Below are positions 1 to 9,970 of a stretch of DNA of 64,000 nucleotides, piece after piece. Origin of the DNA: Patescibacteria group bacterium (GTDB lineage Bacteria; Patescibacteriota; Patescibacteriia; UM-FILTER-42-10); the NCBI GenBank assembly GCA_041666485.1, contig JBAYGW010000005.1:3654-67653 (forward strand), in the 5' to 3' direction. Under the pieces are notes generated by a model. It saw only the letters and a list, made by a program, of their open reading frames with translations. It did no database searches and had not been told where the DNA came from. Each line of letters begins with the position of its first letter. Position 1 is the first letter of the stretch. A program made the position numbers and the translations under genes.

Positions 1-2
1 CT

Positions 3-1109
3 GTTTGGGAAATCGCTGAATATTACACCAAAGCTTTTAAGCATGACATTGCAGAGCTGAATATTGCAGAACCCGTGATCTGGTGCAAAGCCACAGACCA
101 CATCAAAGAGCAGATTGAACTGGTAAAAAAGCTTGAGGAAAAAGGTTATACCTATACCATTGGTGATGGAGTATATTTTGACACAAGTAAATTTGAAAGT
201 TATGGGCAGATGGCCCGACTTGATATAAAGGCACAAAAGGCCGGCGCCAGGGTAGCGGTCGTGGAAGGAAAGAAGAGTCCAAATGATTTTGCTTTGTGGA
301 AATTTTCACCAGACCCTTTGAAGGGTGAACCAAAACGCCAAATGGAATGGGAATCCCCTTGGGGAACCGGTTTCCCTGGATGGGCGATAGAATGTTCCGC
401 AATGGCGGTAAAATATTTAGGCCAGCCTTTTGATATTCATTGCGGTGGTGTGGATCATATTCCTGTTCACCATACCAATGAAATTGCACAGAGCGAAGCG
501 GCAAATGACAGGAAAATGGCAAACTATTGGCTACATGGAGAGTTCCTGATTCTCAAAGACGAAAAAATGGCTAAATCTGCCGGTAATTTCATTACTTTAG
601 AAACACTGAAAGAAAAAGGGATTAATCCCCTCGCCTATCGCTATTTACTGCTTACTACCCATTACCGTTCCAAACTGACTTTCAACTGGACAAACCTGGA
701 AGGCGCTAACACCGCGCTTAATTCCATTTACCGGCAGATGGAAGAGCTGGACAGTTCTAATCCGGTAGTTAATGAGGATTTTAAACAACAATTTGAGGAT
801 GCAATTAATGACGATTTGAATATGCCAAAAGCATTGGCCTTGGTCTGGAAAGTACTCAAATCTAATCTTCCGGCAACCGCTAAAAAAGGAACCCTGCTGG
901 AATTTGATAAAGTGCTTGGACTGGGTCTGGATAAGTCTGACCTTACAGAAGAAACACCAAAGCACGTTAAGACATTGGCAACAAAGAGGGAGCATGCGCG
1001 TTTAGCCAAGGATTTTAAGGAGGCTGATAAATTGCGGGCGGAAATTGAAGCTGAGGGATATATTGTCACTGATACATCAGAGGGGCCAAAAATTTCTAAA
1101 AAGAAATAA
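3..1109 (+). CDS. cysS: Cysteine--tRNA ligase (5' partial; frame open from window start)
   Basis: DFALWK, WESPWGxGxPGW.IECSAM, DIHCGGVDHIPVHHTNEIAQS, KMAKS and C-terminal ADKLRAEI motifs. Confidence 0.97.
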   Translation, partial: VWEIAEYYTKAFKHDIAELNIAEPVIWCKATDHIKEQIELVKKLEEKGYTYTIGDGVYFDTSKFESYGQMARLDIKAQKAGARVAVVEGKKSPNDFALWKFSPDPLKGEPKRQMEWESPWGTGFPGWAIECSAMAVKYLGQPFDIHCGGVDHIPVHHTNEIAQSEAANDRKMANYWLHGEFLILKDEKMAKSAGNFITLETLKEKGINPLAYRYLLLTTHYRSKLTFNWTNLEGANTALNSIYRQMEELDSSNPVVNEDFKQQFEDAINDDLNMPKALALVWKVLKSNLPATAKKGTLLEFDKVLGLGLDKSDLTEETPKHVKTLATKREHARLAKDFKEADKLRAEIEAEGYIVTDTSEGPKISKKK

Positions 1110-1669
1110 TGTTATTATTGAATCTGGATCAGTTAATTTTTGAAAAAATTTATCAGGTTATTCCTCATAACCTGTTTTTTGATTGGTTTTTTCTGACTGT
1201 TTCAACAATTGCCCATCCGAAAATAATTTGGTTTCCTTTAATCATTTTATTTTTAATTTTTTATAAGCAGCATAAAGGCTGGGTGTTTTTTGAATCCGCG
1301 ATTGCCATCGGCATCGGCGTGGTAGTCAATGAATATATGATTAAAAATATTTTCGCACGTTTAAGGCCTTTTGAATTTTACGACTGGGTAACCACCATTG
1401 ACCACACTGCCACCGGATATTCTTTCCCATCAAGCCACGCACTGGTCGCGTTCAGTTTTGCAGCCGTAATAATTCTGAATACAAAACAAAAATGGCTGCA
1501 CAATTTACTGATTGTTTTTGCCGTATTGGTTTGCCTTTCCCGTATCTATCTGGGAGTGCATTTCCCCGGCGACGTTATCACAGGGGCCATAATCGGAACG
1601 CTGCTCGGCTGGCTGGCGTCCAAATTTCTTCCGCGCTTTTACAAGGCTCTATTTCACAAACAGATGTAA
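1109..1669 (+). CDS. PAP2-family membrane phosphatase (undecaprenyl-diphosphate phosphatase-like)
   Basis: KxxxxRxRP, SFPSSH and SRIYLGVHFPGDV motifs; several TM helices. Confidence 0.92.
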   Translation: MLLLNLDQLIFEKIYQVIPHNLFFDWFFLTVSTIAHPKIIWFPLIILFLIFYKQHKGWVFFESAIAIGIGVVVNEYMIKNIFARLRPFEFYDWVTTIDHTATGYSFPSSHALVAFSFAAVIILNTKQKWLHNLLIVFAVLVCLSRIYLGVHFPGDVITGAIIGTLLGWLASKFLPRFYKALFHKQM

Positions 1670-1718
1670 ATTGGTAAACAAAAAATCCCGCATTAATCTC
1701 GCTGGATTTTTTTATATT

Positions 1719-2288
1719 CTAAATATCGTATTTATATCTTTTCTTCGCTGCCGCTCCGCCTTTGATCATAATCATCAGCAAGATCGGCGCGAGTACCCAG
1801 ATAAACTGGCTGATTTCTAAAGTAAATAGTGTCTTGGTCAGCGGGGCAAGCCCTTCAATGGCTGACTTCGGCAGGAATGATAAGGTAATGCTGATCAAAA
1901 GTCCGACGTGCAAAATACTGAAAATAATCACCTGCCACCATTTTCCCCGTTCGTCAGAACTGGCGACTGTGGAGATTAAAGCGGATCGGGAAAGCATAAA
2001 AAATAACGCAACAAAAACAGCTACAAAAGCTGTTATTTTAACTACAAAGAATTGATTTACTCCGATCTCTCCGGTAGTATCCCCCAAAAACGGCGCGGTA
2101 TTGATCACGGCCATGGCCATATAGATGCTGATCAGGATTACGATAATCCGGTCACGACCCAGTGACATGCCGTAAAGCAGCGCAGCGATGACAAAAAACA
2201 GGATAATAAAGAGGTCCCAAGTTGGTTCTGACCAGTCGAAATTAGCTACCCACGAACCGGTGTCTGCTACAACTGTTGTGAAAAACAT
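1719..2288 (-). CDS. Hypothetical multi-pass membrane protein
   Basis: 189 aa ORF with about 5 hydrophobic segments; AGGGGG SD-like sequence upstream; no catalytic motif recognised. Confidence 0.75.
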   Translation of the reverse strand: MFFTTVVADTGSWVANFDWSEPTWDLFIILFFVIAALLYGMSLGRDRIIVILISIYMAMAVINTAPFLGDTTGEIGVNQFFVVKITAFVAVFVALFFMLSRSALISTVASSDERGKWWQVIIFSILHVGLLISITLSFLPKSAIEGLAPLTKTLFTLEISQFIWVLAPILLMIMIKGGAAAKKRYKYDI

Positions 2289-2394
2289 TGTGTTTCTCCC
2301 CCTTTTGTTTTATTTTAGCTGATTACTTTGTAAGTATAACACAAAAACAATAAATAGGCAATTGCGATGCCTAAATTACTGTGGATAAACTGAT

Positions 2395-3480
2395 TTAATC
2401 CAGTTTTTGCAGATTTTCCAATAATTCGCGCTGTTTCCGCGATAATTTTTCGGGTGTTTTTACGATGATTTCTACCAACTGATCGCCCCTACCCCGGGCA
2501 TTCAGGTGCATAACCCCCTTGCCTTTGATTTTGAAAACTTTACCGGATTGAGTGCCGGCCGGAACCCTTAACTGCCCTTCGCCGTCCAAAGTATTTACAT
2601 TGATTTTATCTCCCAATGCCGCCTGGGCAAAACTGATTTCCGCAACTGTAAAAACATTGTCCCCGTCCCGCTGAAATTCCGCGTGCGGTATAACTCGGAT
2701 GGAAACATACAAATCTCCCGCCTGACTTCCGCGCTGACCCGCTTCCCCTTCGCCGGAAAGACGGATGGACTGTCCGTTATTGATACCGGCCGGAATTTTT
2801 ATCTTAATCCGCTTGCTGGCACGCTCCACACCGGTGCCACGGCAGTTTGTACATTTATCTTTAATAGTCTTTCCTTCGCCTTTGCATTCCGGGCATATTC
2901 CACGGGTTCGGATCTGTCCTAAAATAGTTCTTTGCAGCTGATCCACCTGGCCGGAACCTTTGCACATCGGACATTCCACAATCCCGCTGGAGCTTTCCGC
3001 TCCGGAACCGCTGCATTTTTCGCAAGTAACTGTTTTATAAAGTTCCACTGTTTTTTCCGCGCCGAACGCCGCCTCTTCAAAAGTAACCTGCATTTCTGTT
3101 TCAATATCCATACCTCTTTGCTGGCGCGCGCTGGCTCTTGCTCTGCCTCCGCCGAAGAAGTCGCCGAAGATATCGCCCAGATCGCCAAAATCAAAATTTA
3201 TCCCGTCCGCTCCGCCGAACCCTGCTTGCCTGGGGTCAAATCCGGCACCGCCTGAAAAGCCACCCTGCTGGTCAAAAGCTGAGCCGAACTGGTCGTATTG
3301 TTTACGCTTGTCTTCCTTAGAAAGCACCTGATAAGCCTGATTTAATTCCTTAAACTTGGCTTCATCACCGGTATTTTTATCCGGGTGATATTGATGCGCT
3401 TTTTTCCGGAACGCTTTTTTGATTTCTTCCTGCGAAGCGTCTTTTGCTACGCCTAAAATTTCATAATAATCTGTTGCCAT
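2395..3480 (-). CDS. dnaJ: Chaperone DnaJ
   Basis: J-domain HPD, G/F region, four CxxCxGxG repeats. Confidence 0.98.
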   Translation of the reverse strand: MATDYYEILGVAKDASQEEIKKAFRKKAHQYHPDKNTGDEAKFKELNQAYQVLSKEDKRKQYDQFGSAFDQQGGFSGGAGFDPRQAGFGGADGINFDFGDLGDIFGDFFGGGRARASARQQRGMDIETEMQVTFEEAAFGAEKTVELYKTVTCEKCSGSGAESSSGIVECPMCKGSGQVDQLQRTILGQIRTRGICPECKGEGKTIKDKCTNCRGTGVERASKRIKIKIPAGINNGQSIRLSGEGEAGQRGSQAGDLYVSIRVIPHAEFQRDGDNVFTVAEISFAQAALGDKINVNTLDGEGQLRVPAGTQSGKVFKIKGKGVMHLNARGRGDQLVEIIVKTPEKLSRKQRELLENLQKLD

Positions 3481-3491
3481 ATCGTTTCTTC

Positions 3492-4634
3492 CTATTCTCC
3501 CAATATTAATACATCAACATCTTTCTTTTCCTGAGTGATACGCACGAATTTAGTTGCAAATAAAATCATGAAAATTAAGGATGTAAACGAATTGATTAAG
3601 GTCAAAAATATAAATCCGAACAAATTTAACGCAAAGAATAAACTTAAAGCCAAAAGCGGTGTGATGAAATCCTCGTACGGTCCCAGGAACTGAAATGCGT
3701 ATTTGCGAATAATTTTTGCAATCACTTCCGAAAGTTTATCCGACCCCTTGGCGTCAATACCGACACTTTTGATAAATTCATCACGGGCATCGTTAATCTG
3801 CTCCTGAAAAATATTTTGTACGAAAGCAGATGATACCAGAGTTTGCGCGGATAGATCTTCGCTGTACAGACTATCCCGAATTTCGGGCGGCAGGGCATTA
3901 ATATCCACTTCCCCGCTCAGCACCTTGTTCCGCAAGTCATCAATCAGCGCCTGACCTTCTTTCACCTTCGGGCTGTTTATTGAATCTTCCAACTCTTGAT
4001 TCAGCTGACCACTGATACTTTCCACTACGCCGGCGCTCGTTTCAAAAATAAACTGGTCAAGCGTTTTGTCCGGATCATATCCTTTGATCTGAGTTGGGAT
4101 GATTTCATTGGCAATATTGGTGCTACTTATAATCAAAGAGTCAATTGCCTGACGCCCGCTATCTCTGTCCTGTTCCGAAGTAACGATATAGAATAGCATG
4201 GAAATAGAGAGCGCCATTGCCACCACCACTCCGCCGATTCCCCAGTGCATGATCTTGTACAAGGAAAACTTGATTCTTCCTTTCACCTCGTTATGCGTCC
4301 GGTGCGCATAGTACACGAAGATTAATATCTGTAAAAGAGAGATAATTAAAAGCCAGGGTGAGAAAGAGAAAAAGAGAAGCATCGGCAAACTGGAGAGCGC
4401 CCAGATTGGCAATTGGATTACTTCTTTCTTCACTACGATCGCGGTTGTGCTTACCAAAGCCAGATAAAAACAAAAAGCAATGACCGGGAAGATTAACCGG
4501 AGCAGCATCTGCCAGATGGATAGGTTTTGGCCGGACCATTCCAGATTGAAAACCGTAGACAAAGCATACCAAGCCAGCACGCTGGCTAAAACAGTCAGCA
4601 CCCCTAAAACAGCTATTTTGGTATTCTTGGTCAT
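3492..4634 (-). CDS. Hypothetical membrane protein with large soluble loop
   Basis: 380 aa ORF with N-terminal TM bundle and C-terminal TMs, directly upstream of dnaJ. Confidence 0.75.
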   Translation of the reverse strand: MTKNTKIAVLGVLTVLASVLAWYALSTVFNLEWSGQNLSIWQMLLRLIFPVIAFCFYLALVSTTAIVVKKEVIQLPIWALSSLPMLLFFSFSPWLLIISLLQILIFVYYAHRTHNEVKGRIKFSLYKIMHWGIGGVVVAMALSISMLFYIVTSEQDRDSGRQAIDSLIISSTNIANEIIPTQIKGYDPDKTLDQFIFETSAGVVESISGQLNQELEDSINSPKVKEGQALIDDLRNKVLSGEVDINALPPEIRDSLYSEDLSAQTLVSSAFVQNIFQEQINDARDEFIKSVGIDAKGSDKLSEVIAKIIRKYAFQFLGPYEDFITPLLALSLFFALNLFGFIFLTLINSFTSLIFMILFATKFVRITQEKKDVDVLILGE

Positions 4635-4651
4635 GGTTTTGTTTTATTTAA

Positions 4652-4972
4652 TTATGCTTTGAAGCCGACTTCGTCCGCCGGAGCATCCGTAACATCTATT
4701 GTACCAAAATTTGCCTCATAGCGCTTGACGTTGTCCTGCAGTGCCAAAAGAACACGTTTCATGTGGCCCGGTGAGGTTTTTACGCGGTTGGTAACCACGC
4801 CCACGCCTTCCGCCTGGTGAATATTGATAAAATCAATCGTAAACTCGTCTTTGGTATGCATGACGCGCATGCTGTTCGCGTAATTGGATCCGGCTAATAC
4901 GCTTTCCGGGATCTTAATTTGCATTTGTCGCTGTTGCCCTTGCGGGGGCTGTTGGCTTTGTTGTTGTGGCAT
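4652..4972 (-). CDS. DUF3467-family protein
   Basis: YANSMRVMHTKDEFTIDF...SPGHMKRVLLALQDNVKRYEANFGTI pattern. Confidence 0.8.
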   Translation of the reverse strand: MPQQQSQQPPQGQQRQMQIKIPESVLAGSNYANSMRVMHTKDEFTIDFINIHQAEGVGVVTNRVKTSPGHMKRVLLALQDNVKRYEANFGTIDVTDAPADEVGFKA

Positions 4973-4980
4973 GGGTATTA

Positions 4981-6045
4981 TTATAGTTGGTTAATTAATT
5001 TGGTAAGCTTCTCTTTGGTAAATGTATTCATCTGCCACTTGCCAAGTCTCGCATACAATCTATTTGCCAAGTCACTTGGTCTGTTCGGGTTAGGGATGAT
5101 TTCAGCAATGAGTTGTTGTGATTTTTTCCAAGCGTCGTTTCCGTACGTCCAAGTATCTATTCCTCCTCCTTCATATGCCGGATCAATCCAAAGTGAAAAC
5201 GTGGTCTTGCCGTGATCATGTTCTACGGTGATAGTAGCCGTCTTTGGCGTTTTGTGGGCTGACACACCAGGTAGCACGAATCTGCCCTCGTTAATATCAT
5301 GAAATATATCCAAATATTCTTGCGCGGGTTTTTCTTGTTTGACTTCGGTATAGGCAGAAATAAAGTCTTGATCAGAGGGTAATCCCGGCTTTGTTTTGGA
5401 GGTCAGGTCTTTTTTCACTTCACTGCCGAATAACCTCGGGATGACTATTTCGTATGACCCATGCTTGTAGTATTTAAGTTCCACGGCGAAGATATCAAAT
5501 TCGCTGTTTTGGTTGATGTAAATGATGAGGTTTTTTAGCTGTTCGTGGAGCGAATCCATGAGTACCACGAATTTGAAACTGCCATCCTGGAAGCTTCGCC
5601 GTACTTGCTGGAGCAATTGGTCACGGCCTTCGTCAGTAAGCCCAAAGAATTCTTGCATTCTGGTGGGCAGTTCCGGTAGATTTTGTTTTACTAAATATGT
5701 ATTCAATTGCTCAAGGAAAGTATTCGCGTCACGTGTGTTGTGCCACAAGGACGCGCCGTAATCCAAGACCTGGGCGACTACTTTGCGCTTGTCCGGATTT
5801 TTATACAGCTTCGTTTCGATCAAATAAATGTCTCCGGTGTTGTCTATACCGACCGCATCAATGGGTCCGCTGTCAGTGGAAAATTCCCGGGCGAGAATAA
5901 GCAGTTTAATATCGTCTCTAATGTCATAGATCGGAACGCTTTCTGGGTTGTTGAAAATGTATTCTTGCAGAGAGTCTTCTTGGGGGAATGATGTAGGGTC
6001 TACTTTCTCCGCTCTTTTGCCGTTGTGAGTGATAATTAATGTCAT
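4981..6045 (-). CDS. PD-(D/E)xK nuclease-fold protein (NucS/DUF91-like N-terminus)
   Basis: E..LQEYI, GPIDAVGID, LIETKL and VVAQVLDY motifs. Confidence 0.7.
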   Translation of the reverse strand: MTLIITHNGKRAEKVDPTSFPQEDSLQEYIFNNPESVPIYDIRDDIKLLILAREFSTDSGPIDAVGIDNTGDIYLIETKLYKNPDKRKVVAQVLDYGASLWHNTRDANTFLEQLNTYLVKQNLPELPTRMQEFFGLTDEGRDQLLQQVRRSFQDGSFKFVVLMDSLHEQLKNLIIYINQNSEFDIFAVELKYYKHGSYEIVIPRLFGSEVKKDLTSKTKPGLPSDQDFISAYTEVKQEKPAQEYLDIFHDINEGRFVLPGVSAHKTPKTATITVEHDHGKTTFSLWIDPAYEGGGIDTWTYGNDAWKKSQQLIAEIIPNPNRPSDLANRLYARLGKWQMNTFTKEKLTKLINQL

Positions 6046-6086
6046 ATGTGGATGGTATTTTTAATTTTAATAAATATTCCATTAAA

Positions 6087-6118
6087 CTGAAGGTGGGAAT
6101 GCGCATTCCCACCTTCAG
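6087..6118. repeat. 32-bp perfect palindrome downstream of dnaK (terminator or REP-like)
   Basis: CTGAAGGTGGGAATGC|GCATTCCCACCTTCAG; followed by TTTAAT on the minus strand. Confidence 0.85.
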
Positions 6119-6125
6119 CTACTGT

Positions 6126-8048
6126 TTACTTATCCTTTTTTTCTTCTTTCTTTTCCTCAGTAAACTCGCCTTCTACCGGTTCTTTGTCTCCTTCTTTTTT
6201 CTCACCGGATTTATCAGCGTCGGCTTTTTTAGCCGCTTCTTCTTTCTGTTGTGCTTCATACATCGCCTGCCCGATCTTCTGGGCGGCGGTGGAGAGTTCT
6301 TCGGTCGCTTTTTTGATCGCTTCCACGTCGTCTTTGTCTTTCACATCATTAACCGCTTTTACCTTTTCTTCCACAGCTTTTTTATCTTCTTCCTTAATCT
6401 TATCTCCGCCTTCTTTGATCGCTTTTTCAGAAGTGATCACCATGGTTTCCGCCATGTTGCGGGCTTCAATCAGATTTTTCTTTTTCTTATCTTCTTCAGC
6501 GTGGATTTCCGCGTCTTTCTTCATCTTTTCCACTTCCTCATCGGACAGTCCGGAAGAAGCTTCAATACGGATGCTTTGTTCTTTATTGGTTGCTTTATCC
6601 TTTGCTTTCACGCTCAGAATTCCGTTGGCATCAATATCAAAGCCGACTTCCACCTGCGGGATTCCGCGCGGTGACGGAGGAATGCCATCCAGGATGAATC
6701 TGCCCAGTGATTTGTTATCGCTGGCCATTTCTCTTTCACCCTGCAGGACGTGAATCTCCACCGATGTCTGATTGTCTGCTGCGGTAGAAAATACCTGACT
6801 CTTGGATGCTGGGATTGTGGTGTTCTTTTCAATTAGCGGTGTGCGTACTCCGCCTAAAGTTTCGATACCTAGTGTTAACGGTGTAACGTCCAATAACAGC
6901 ACGTCTTTTACTTCTCCCTGCAAAACGCCGGCTTGTACAGCAGCGCCGATTGCTACTACTTCATCCGGGTTTACGGTTGAGTTCGGTTTTTTGCCGAAGA
7001 ATTCTTCTACCTTCTTCTGTACCAAAGGCATTCTGGTTTGTCCGCCGACTAATACGATTTCATTCATGTCTTTGGCTTCCAGGCCGGCATCTTTCAATGC
7101 CTTTTTGCAAGGTTCCAGAGTCTTTTCCACGAAATCACCGACAATATCTTCCAGTTTGGCGCGGGTCAGTTTTAATACCAAATGTTTCGGGCCGGATTCA
7201 TCCGTTGTGATGAACGGCTGGTTGATTTCCGTTTCCTGCGTGGATGACAGTTCTATTTTGGCTTTTTCCGCGGCTTCCTTGATTCTCTGCAGAGCCAGAT
7301 TGTCCTTGGACAGGTCAATTCCCTGATCCTTTTTGAATTCATCCAGAATCCAATGCATGATGCGCTGGTCAAAGTCATCTCCGCCGAGGTGCGTGTCGCC
7401 GTTGGTGGCTTTCACTTCCACAGTGTCATCGCCGATTTCCAAAATGGAAATATCAAATGTTCCGCCGCCCAAGTCATAGACCGCGATCTTTTCGTCTTTC
7501 TTCTTGTTGAACCCGTAAGCCAGCGCTGCGGCGGTCGGTTCGTTGATAATTCTTTTTACGTCAAACCCGGCAATCTTGCCCGCGTCTTTGGTCGCCTGCC
7601 TCTGTGAGTCGTCAAAATAGGCCGGTACGGTAATTACCGCTTCGGTTATTTTCTCACCCAGTTTGTCTTCGGCATCCGCCTTCAGTTTCTGCAGAATCAT
7701 CGCGGATACTTCCTGCGGGGTGTGCTGTTTATCACCCATTTTTACCGTCACACCGTCATTGTTTTTTTCAATTTTGTACGGAAGAGTCTTCGCATCATTC
7801 TGGACCTCATCATCTTCCCATCTGCGACCGATCAGACGCTTCACGGAAAATACCGTATTTTCCGGATTGGTTACCGCCTGTCTTTTGGCCAGCTGGCCGA
7901 CTAAGCGTTCTCCGCTTTTGGAAATTGCGACCACGGAAGGAGTGGTGCGGTTTCCTTCTTTATTTTCCAGCACTTTCGGCTCGCCCCCTTCAACGATCGC
8001 CATCGCTGAGTTGGTGGTACCGAGATCAATACCTAATATCTTTGCCAT
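6126..8048 (-). CDS. dnaK: Chaperone DnaK
   Basis: [35 protein letters not shown]. Confidence 0.99.
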   Translation of the reverse strand: MAKILGIDLGTTNSAMAIVEGGEPKVLENKEGNRTTPSVVAISKSGERLVGQLAKRQAVTNPENTVFSVKRLIGRRWEDDEVQNDAKTLPYKIEKNNDGVTVKMGDKQHTPQEVSAMILQKLKADAEDKLGEKITEAVITVPAYFDDSQRQATKDAGKIAGFDVKRIINEPTAAALAYGFNKKKDEKIAVYDLGGGTFDISILEIGDDTVEVKATNGDTHLGGDDFDQRIMHWILDEFKKDQGIDLSKDNLALQRIKEAAEKAKIELSSTQETEINQPFITTDESGPKHLVLKLTRAKLEDIVGDFVEKTLEPCKKALKDAGLEAKDMNEIVLVGGQTRMPLVQKKVEEFFGKKPNSTVNPDEVVAIGAAVQAGVLQGEVKDVLLLDVTPLTLGIETLGGVRTPLIEKNTTIPASKSQVFSTAADNQTSVEIHVLQGEREMASDNKSLGRFILDGIPPSPRGIPQVEVGFDIDANGILSVKAKDKATNKEQSIRIEASSGLSDEEVEKMKKDAEIHAEEDKKKKNLIEARNMAETMVITSEKAIKEGGDKIKEEDKKAVEEKVKAVNDVKDKDDVEAIKKATEELSTAAQKIGQAMYEAQQKEEAAKKADADKSGEKKEGDKEPVEGEFTEEKKEEKKDK

Positions 8049-8164
8049 TTTACTTAATTCCTTTCTTTAATGATTGATAATGTTTAATAAGTTGGTCTTT
8101 TGAACCCGGGCGGACGAACGAATGAATCGCTCATCCGCCCGGAGCCAGAAGCTCCGGATGATTC

Positions 8165-8596
8165 CTATTTGGAACCTTTTTTTAATACGTTTACTTTGAT
8201 TGTTTTTGGCATTACCTGTTCCGCTTTGGGAATAGTAATTTTTAGAATTCCGTTTTCAAAATCGGCATTGGCCTTATCACCGTCTACGGCAATCGGCAAT
8301 GCTACTGCGCGGTGGAATCCGCCGGTTCTTACCTCTTTGCGGTAATATTCCTTTTCATCTACTTCCGACTTCTTTTCCATAGAACCTTCAATGGTTAATA
8401 CATCATTTTCAATGGAAATATTTACCTTTTCCGGATCAACGCCGGCTAATGGTGTTTCCACAATTACCGAGTCCTTTGTCTGATAGACGTCAATCGCCGG
8501 AACGAATCCGCTGGACATGCCGGACATATATTCTTCCATAAATTTGTCCATGTCATCCCAAGGCTGGATCATCGGGCGATATTTCATAATATGCAT
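8165..8596 (-). CDS. Small heat-shock protein (Hsp20)
   Basis: PAIDVYQT...ANADFENGILKITIPK alpha-crystallin signature. Confidence 0.93.
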   Translation of the reverse strand: MHIMKYRPMIQPWDDMDKFMEEYMSGMSSGFVPAIDVYQTKDSVIVETPLAGVDPEKVNISIENDVLTIEGSMEKKSEVDEKEYYRKEVRTGGFHRAVALPIAVDGDKANADFENGILKITIPKAEQVMPKTIKVNVLKKGSK

Positions 8597-8622
8597 ATAT
8601 TTATCTCCTTGTTTGTTAATAA

Positions 8623-9132
8623 TTATTTTGCTACTTTGACTTTCGCCGGCTGGATTACCCTGCCGTTTAAACGAAAGCCAGTTGTTAATTCTTCTGTTAT
8701 CATTCCTTTTTCTAAATCTGACTCCACTTCTTCAATCGCCTCGTGCATCTCCGGATTAAACTGTTCACCGACTGTTTTGATTTCTTCAATTCCCAAACCT
8801 TTTAATATATTACTTAAATTATTCTGAATGTGCGTGATTCCGACCAGCCAGTTGGAACCCTCAATTTCCTTCGGCACATGTTTCATCGCCTGTTTAAACT
8901 GGTCCACAAGCGGAAATATGTCCAAAAGCATCCCCGCGTTAGCAAATTCAATCAATTCTGTCTGTCTTTGCTCCTGTTCCCTTTTGAAATTGATATAATC
9001 CGCCTTAGCGCGCTTCCAACCGTTGAGATACTCTTCCGCCTGGTTTTTCGCGGTTTCTAATTCTTTTTGAATGTTCTGATGCGGTTCCTGTACCTGTTTC
9101 TCGTGCTTATCGTGTTTATCGTGATGAGTCAT
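8623..9132 (-). CDS. grpE: Nucleotide exchange factor GrpE
   Basis: RAKADYINFKR, FNPEMHEAI, GFRLNGRVIQPAKVKV. Confidence 0.96.
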   Translation of the reverse strand: MTHHDKHDKHEKQVQEPHQNIQKELETAKNQAEEYLNGWKRAKADYINFKREQEQRQTELIEFANAGMLLDIFPLVDQFKQAMKHVPKEIEGSNWLVGITHIQNNLSNILKGLGIEEIKTVGEQFNPEMHEAIEEVESDLEKGMITEELTTGFRLNGRVIQPAKVKVAK

Positions 9133-9141
9133 AAATATTGA

Positions 9142-9843
9142 TTACAAATTAGTTATAAGCTCCTGAGTGTATTTGATCAGCGCCCGGTTGTGGGAGTAAT
9201 TCATCCGCATCGGACCGAGGATTGCGATCAAACCCTCTTTATGGTCACTTTGAAATTTAGTTAAAATTGTACTGCATTGCTTGCCGAACGGATTATTTTT
9301 CCCCAGTAGAATATGCACGTCTCTGCTGATATCGTTGTAAATTCCCGCTACCGCTTCGTCCAGATGATCAATCACTTCGCTCAAATTGTAAATTAGATTC
9401 AGCTCGGCAAATTCCGGTTGTCGGAAAACATTGGTCAGACCGGTATAGTAAATATCTCTGGGCGAAAACCCCACCACCACCGCGCCGTTGGAAAGCGCCG
9501 CGACTTCCTTTGCCACCTGTTTCACCACCAATGAATCCTCGTTGTCTGATTTAAGAATTTCCTGCAACTGACTTTTGTGCTTTTCGCTTAAATCCTTTTC
9601 ATCCATAAAATTATCAATAAAAAAGCGGTAACCTTTTTCTGTTGGAATTCGTCCTGCTGAAGTATGGGGCTGAGTCAGATAGCCGTCTTTCTCCAGATCC
9701 ATCATTTCGTTGCGGATGGTGGCTGTAGACAAGTCAAAACCGCCTTTACCCACCAATAGGTTAGAACCAACCGGTATGGCGGTTTTAATATGCTGTTTGA
9801 TGATTGCCGCAAGCAGGGCTTTTTTACGATCGTTTAGCTCCAT
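9142..9843 (-). CDS. hrcA: Heat-inducible transcription repressor HrcA (short form; start at 9843 or 9855)
   Basis: PVGS, SxATIRNEMMDLE, QPHTSAGRIPTEKGYR, ILGPMRMNY; CIRCE directly upstream. Confidence 0.95.
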   Translation of the reverse strand: MELNDRKKALLAAIIKQHIKTAIPVGSNLLVGKGGFDLSTATIRNEMMDLEKDGYLTQPHTSAGRIPTEKGYRFFIDNFMDEKDLSEKHKSQLQEILKSDNEDSLVVKQVAKEVAALSNGAVVVGFSPRDIYYTGLTNVFRQPEFAELNLIYNLSEVIDHLDEAVAGIYNDISRDVHILLGKNNPFGKQCSTILTKFQSDHKEGLIAILGPMRMNYSHNRALIKYTQELITNL

Positions 9844-9854
9844 ATTTGTATCCA

Positions 9855-9881
9855 TTAGCACTCTTAATGGTAGAGTGCTAA
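9855..9881. promoter_or_regulatory. CIRCE operator
   Basis: Exact consensus TTAGCACTC-N9-GAGTGCTAA. Confidence 0.97.
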
Positions 9882-9884
9882 TTC

Positions 9885-9912
9885 AGTATAGCATACCAAA
9901 AAAAGGGGTCAA
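9885..9912 (-). promoter_or_regulatory. Sigma70-type promoter of the hrcA-dnaK operon
   Basis: TTGACC-16 nt-TATACT with extended -10 TG, just upstream of CIRCE. Confidence 0.7.
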
Positions 9913-9970
9913 GTCCCCTGCTTTCCCTCGTTTAACTATAAATTAATTCAATCGGAAAGCGGTATTTTCC

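Noticed and set aside
6039-7326. Long plus-strand ORFs antisense to dnaK
   Set aside because: Shadow ORFs opposite a strongly conserved gene; the same applies to those opposite gyrB, dnaE and the pyr genes.
9844-9861. Extended hrcA start at 9861
   Set aside because: It falls inside the CIRCE element; ATG at 9843 or 9855 fits better.
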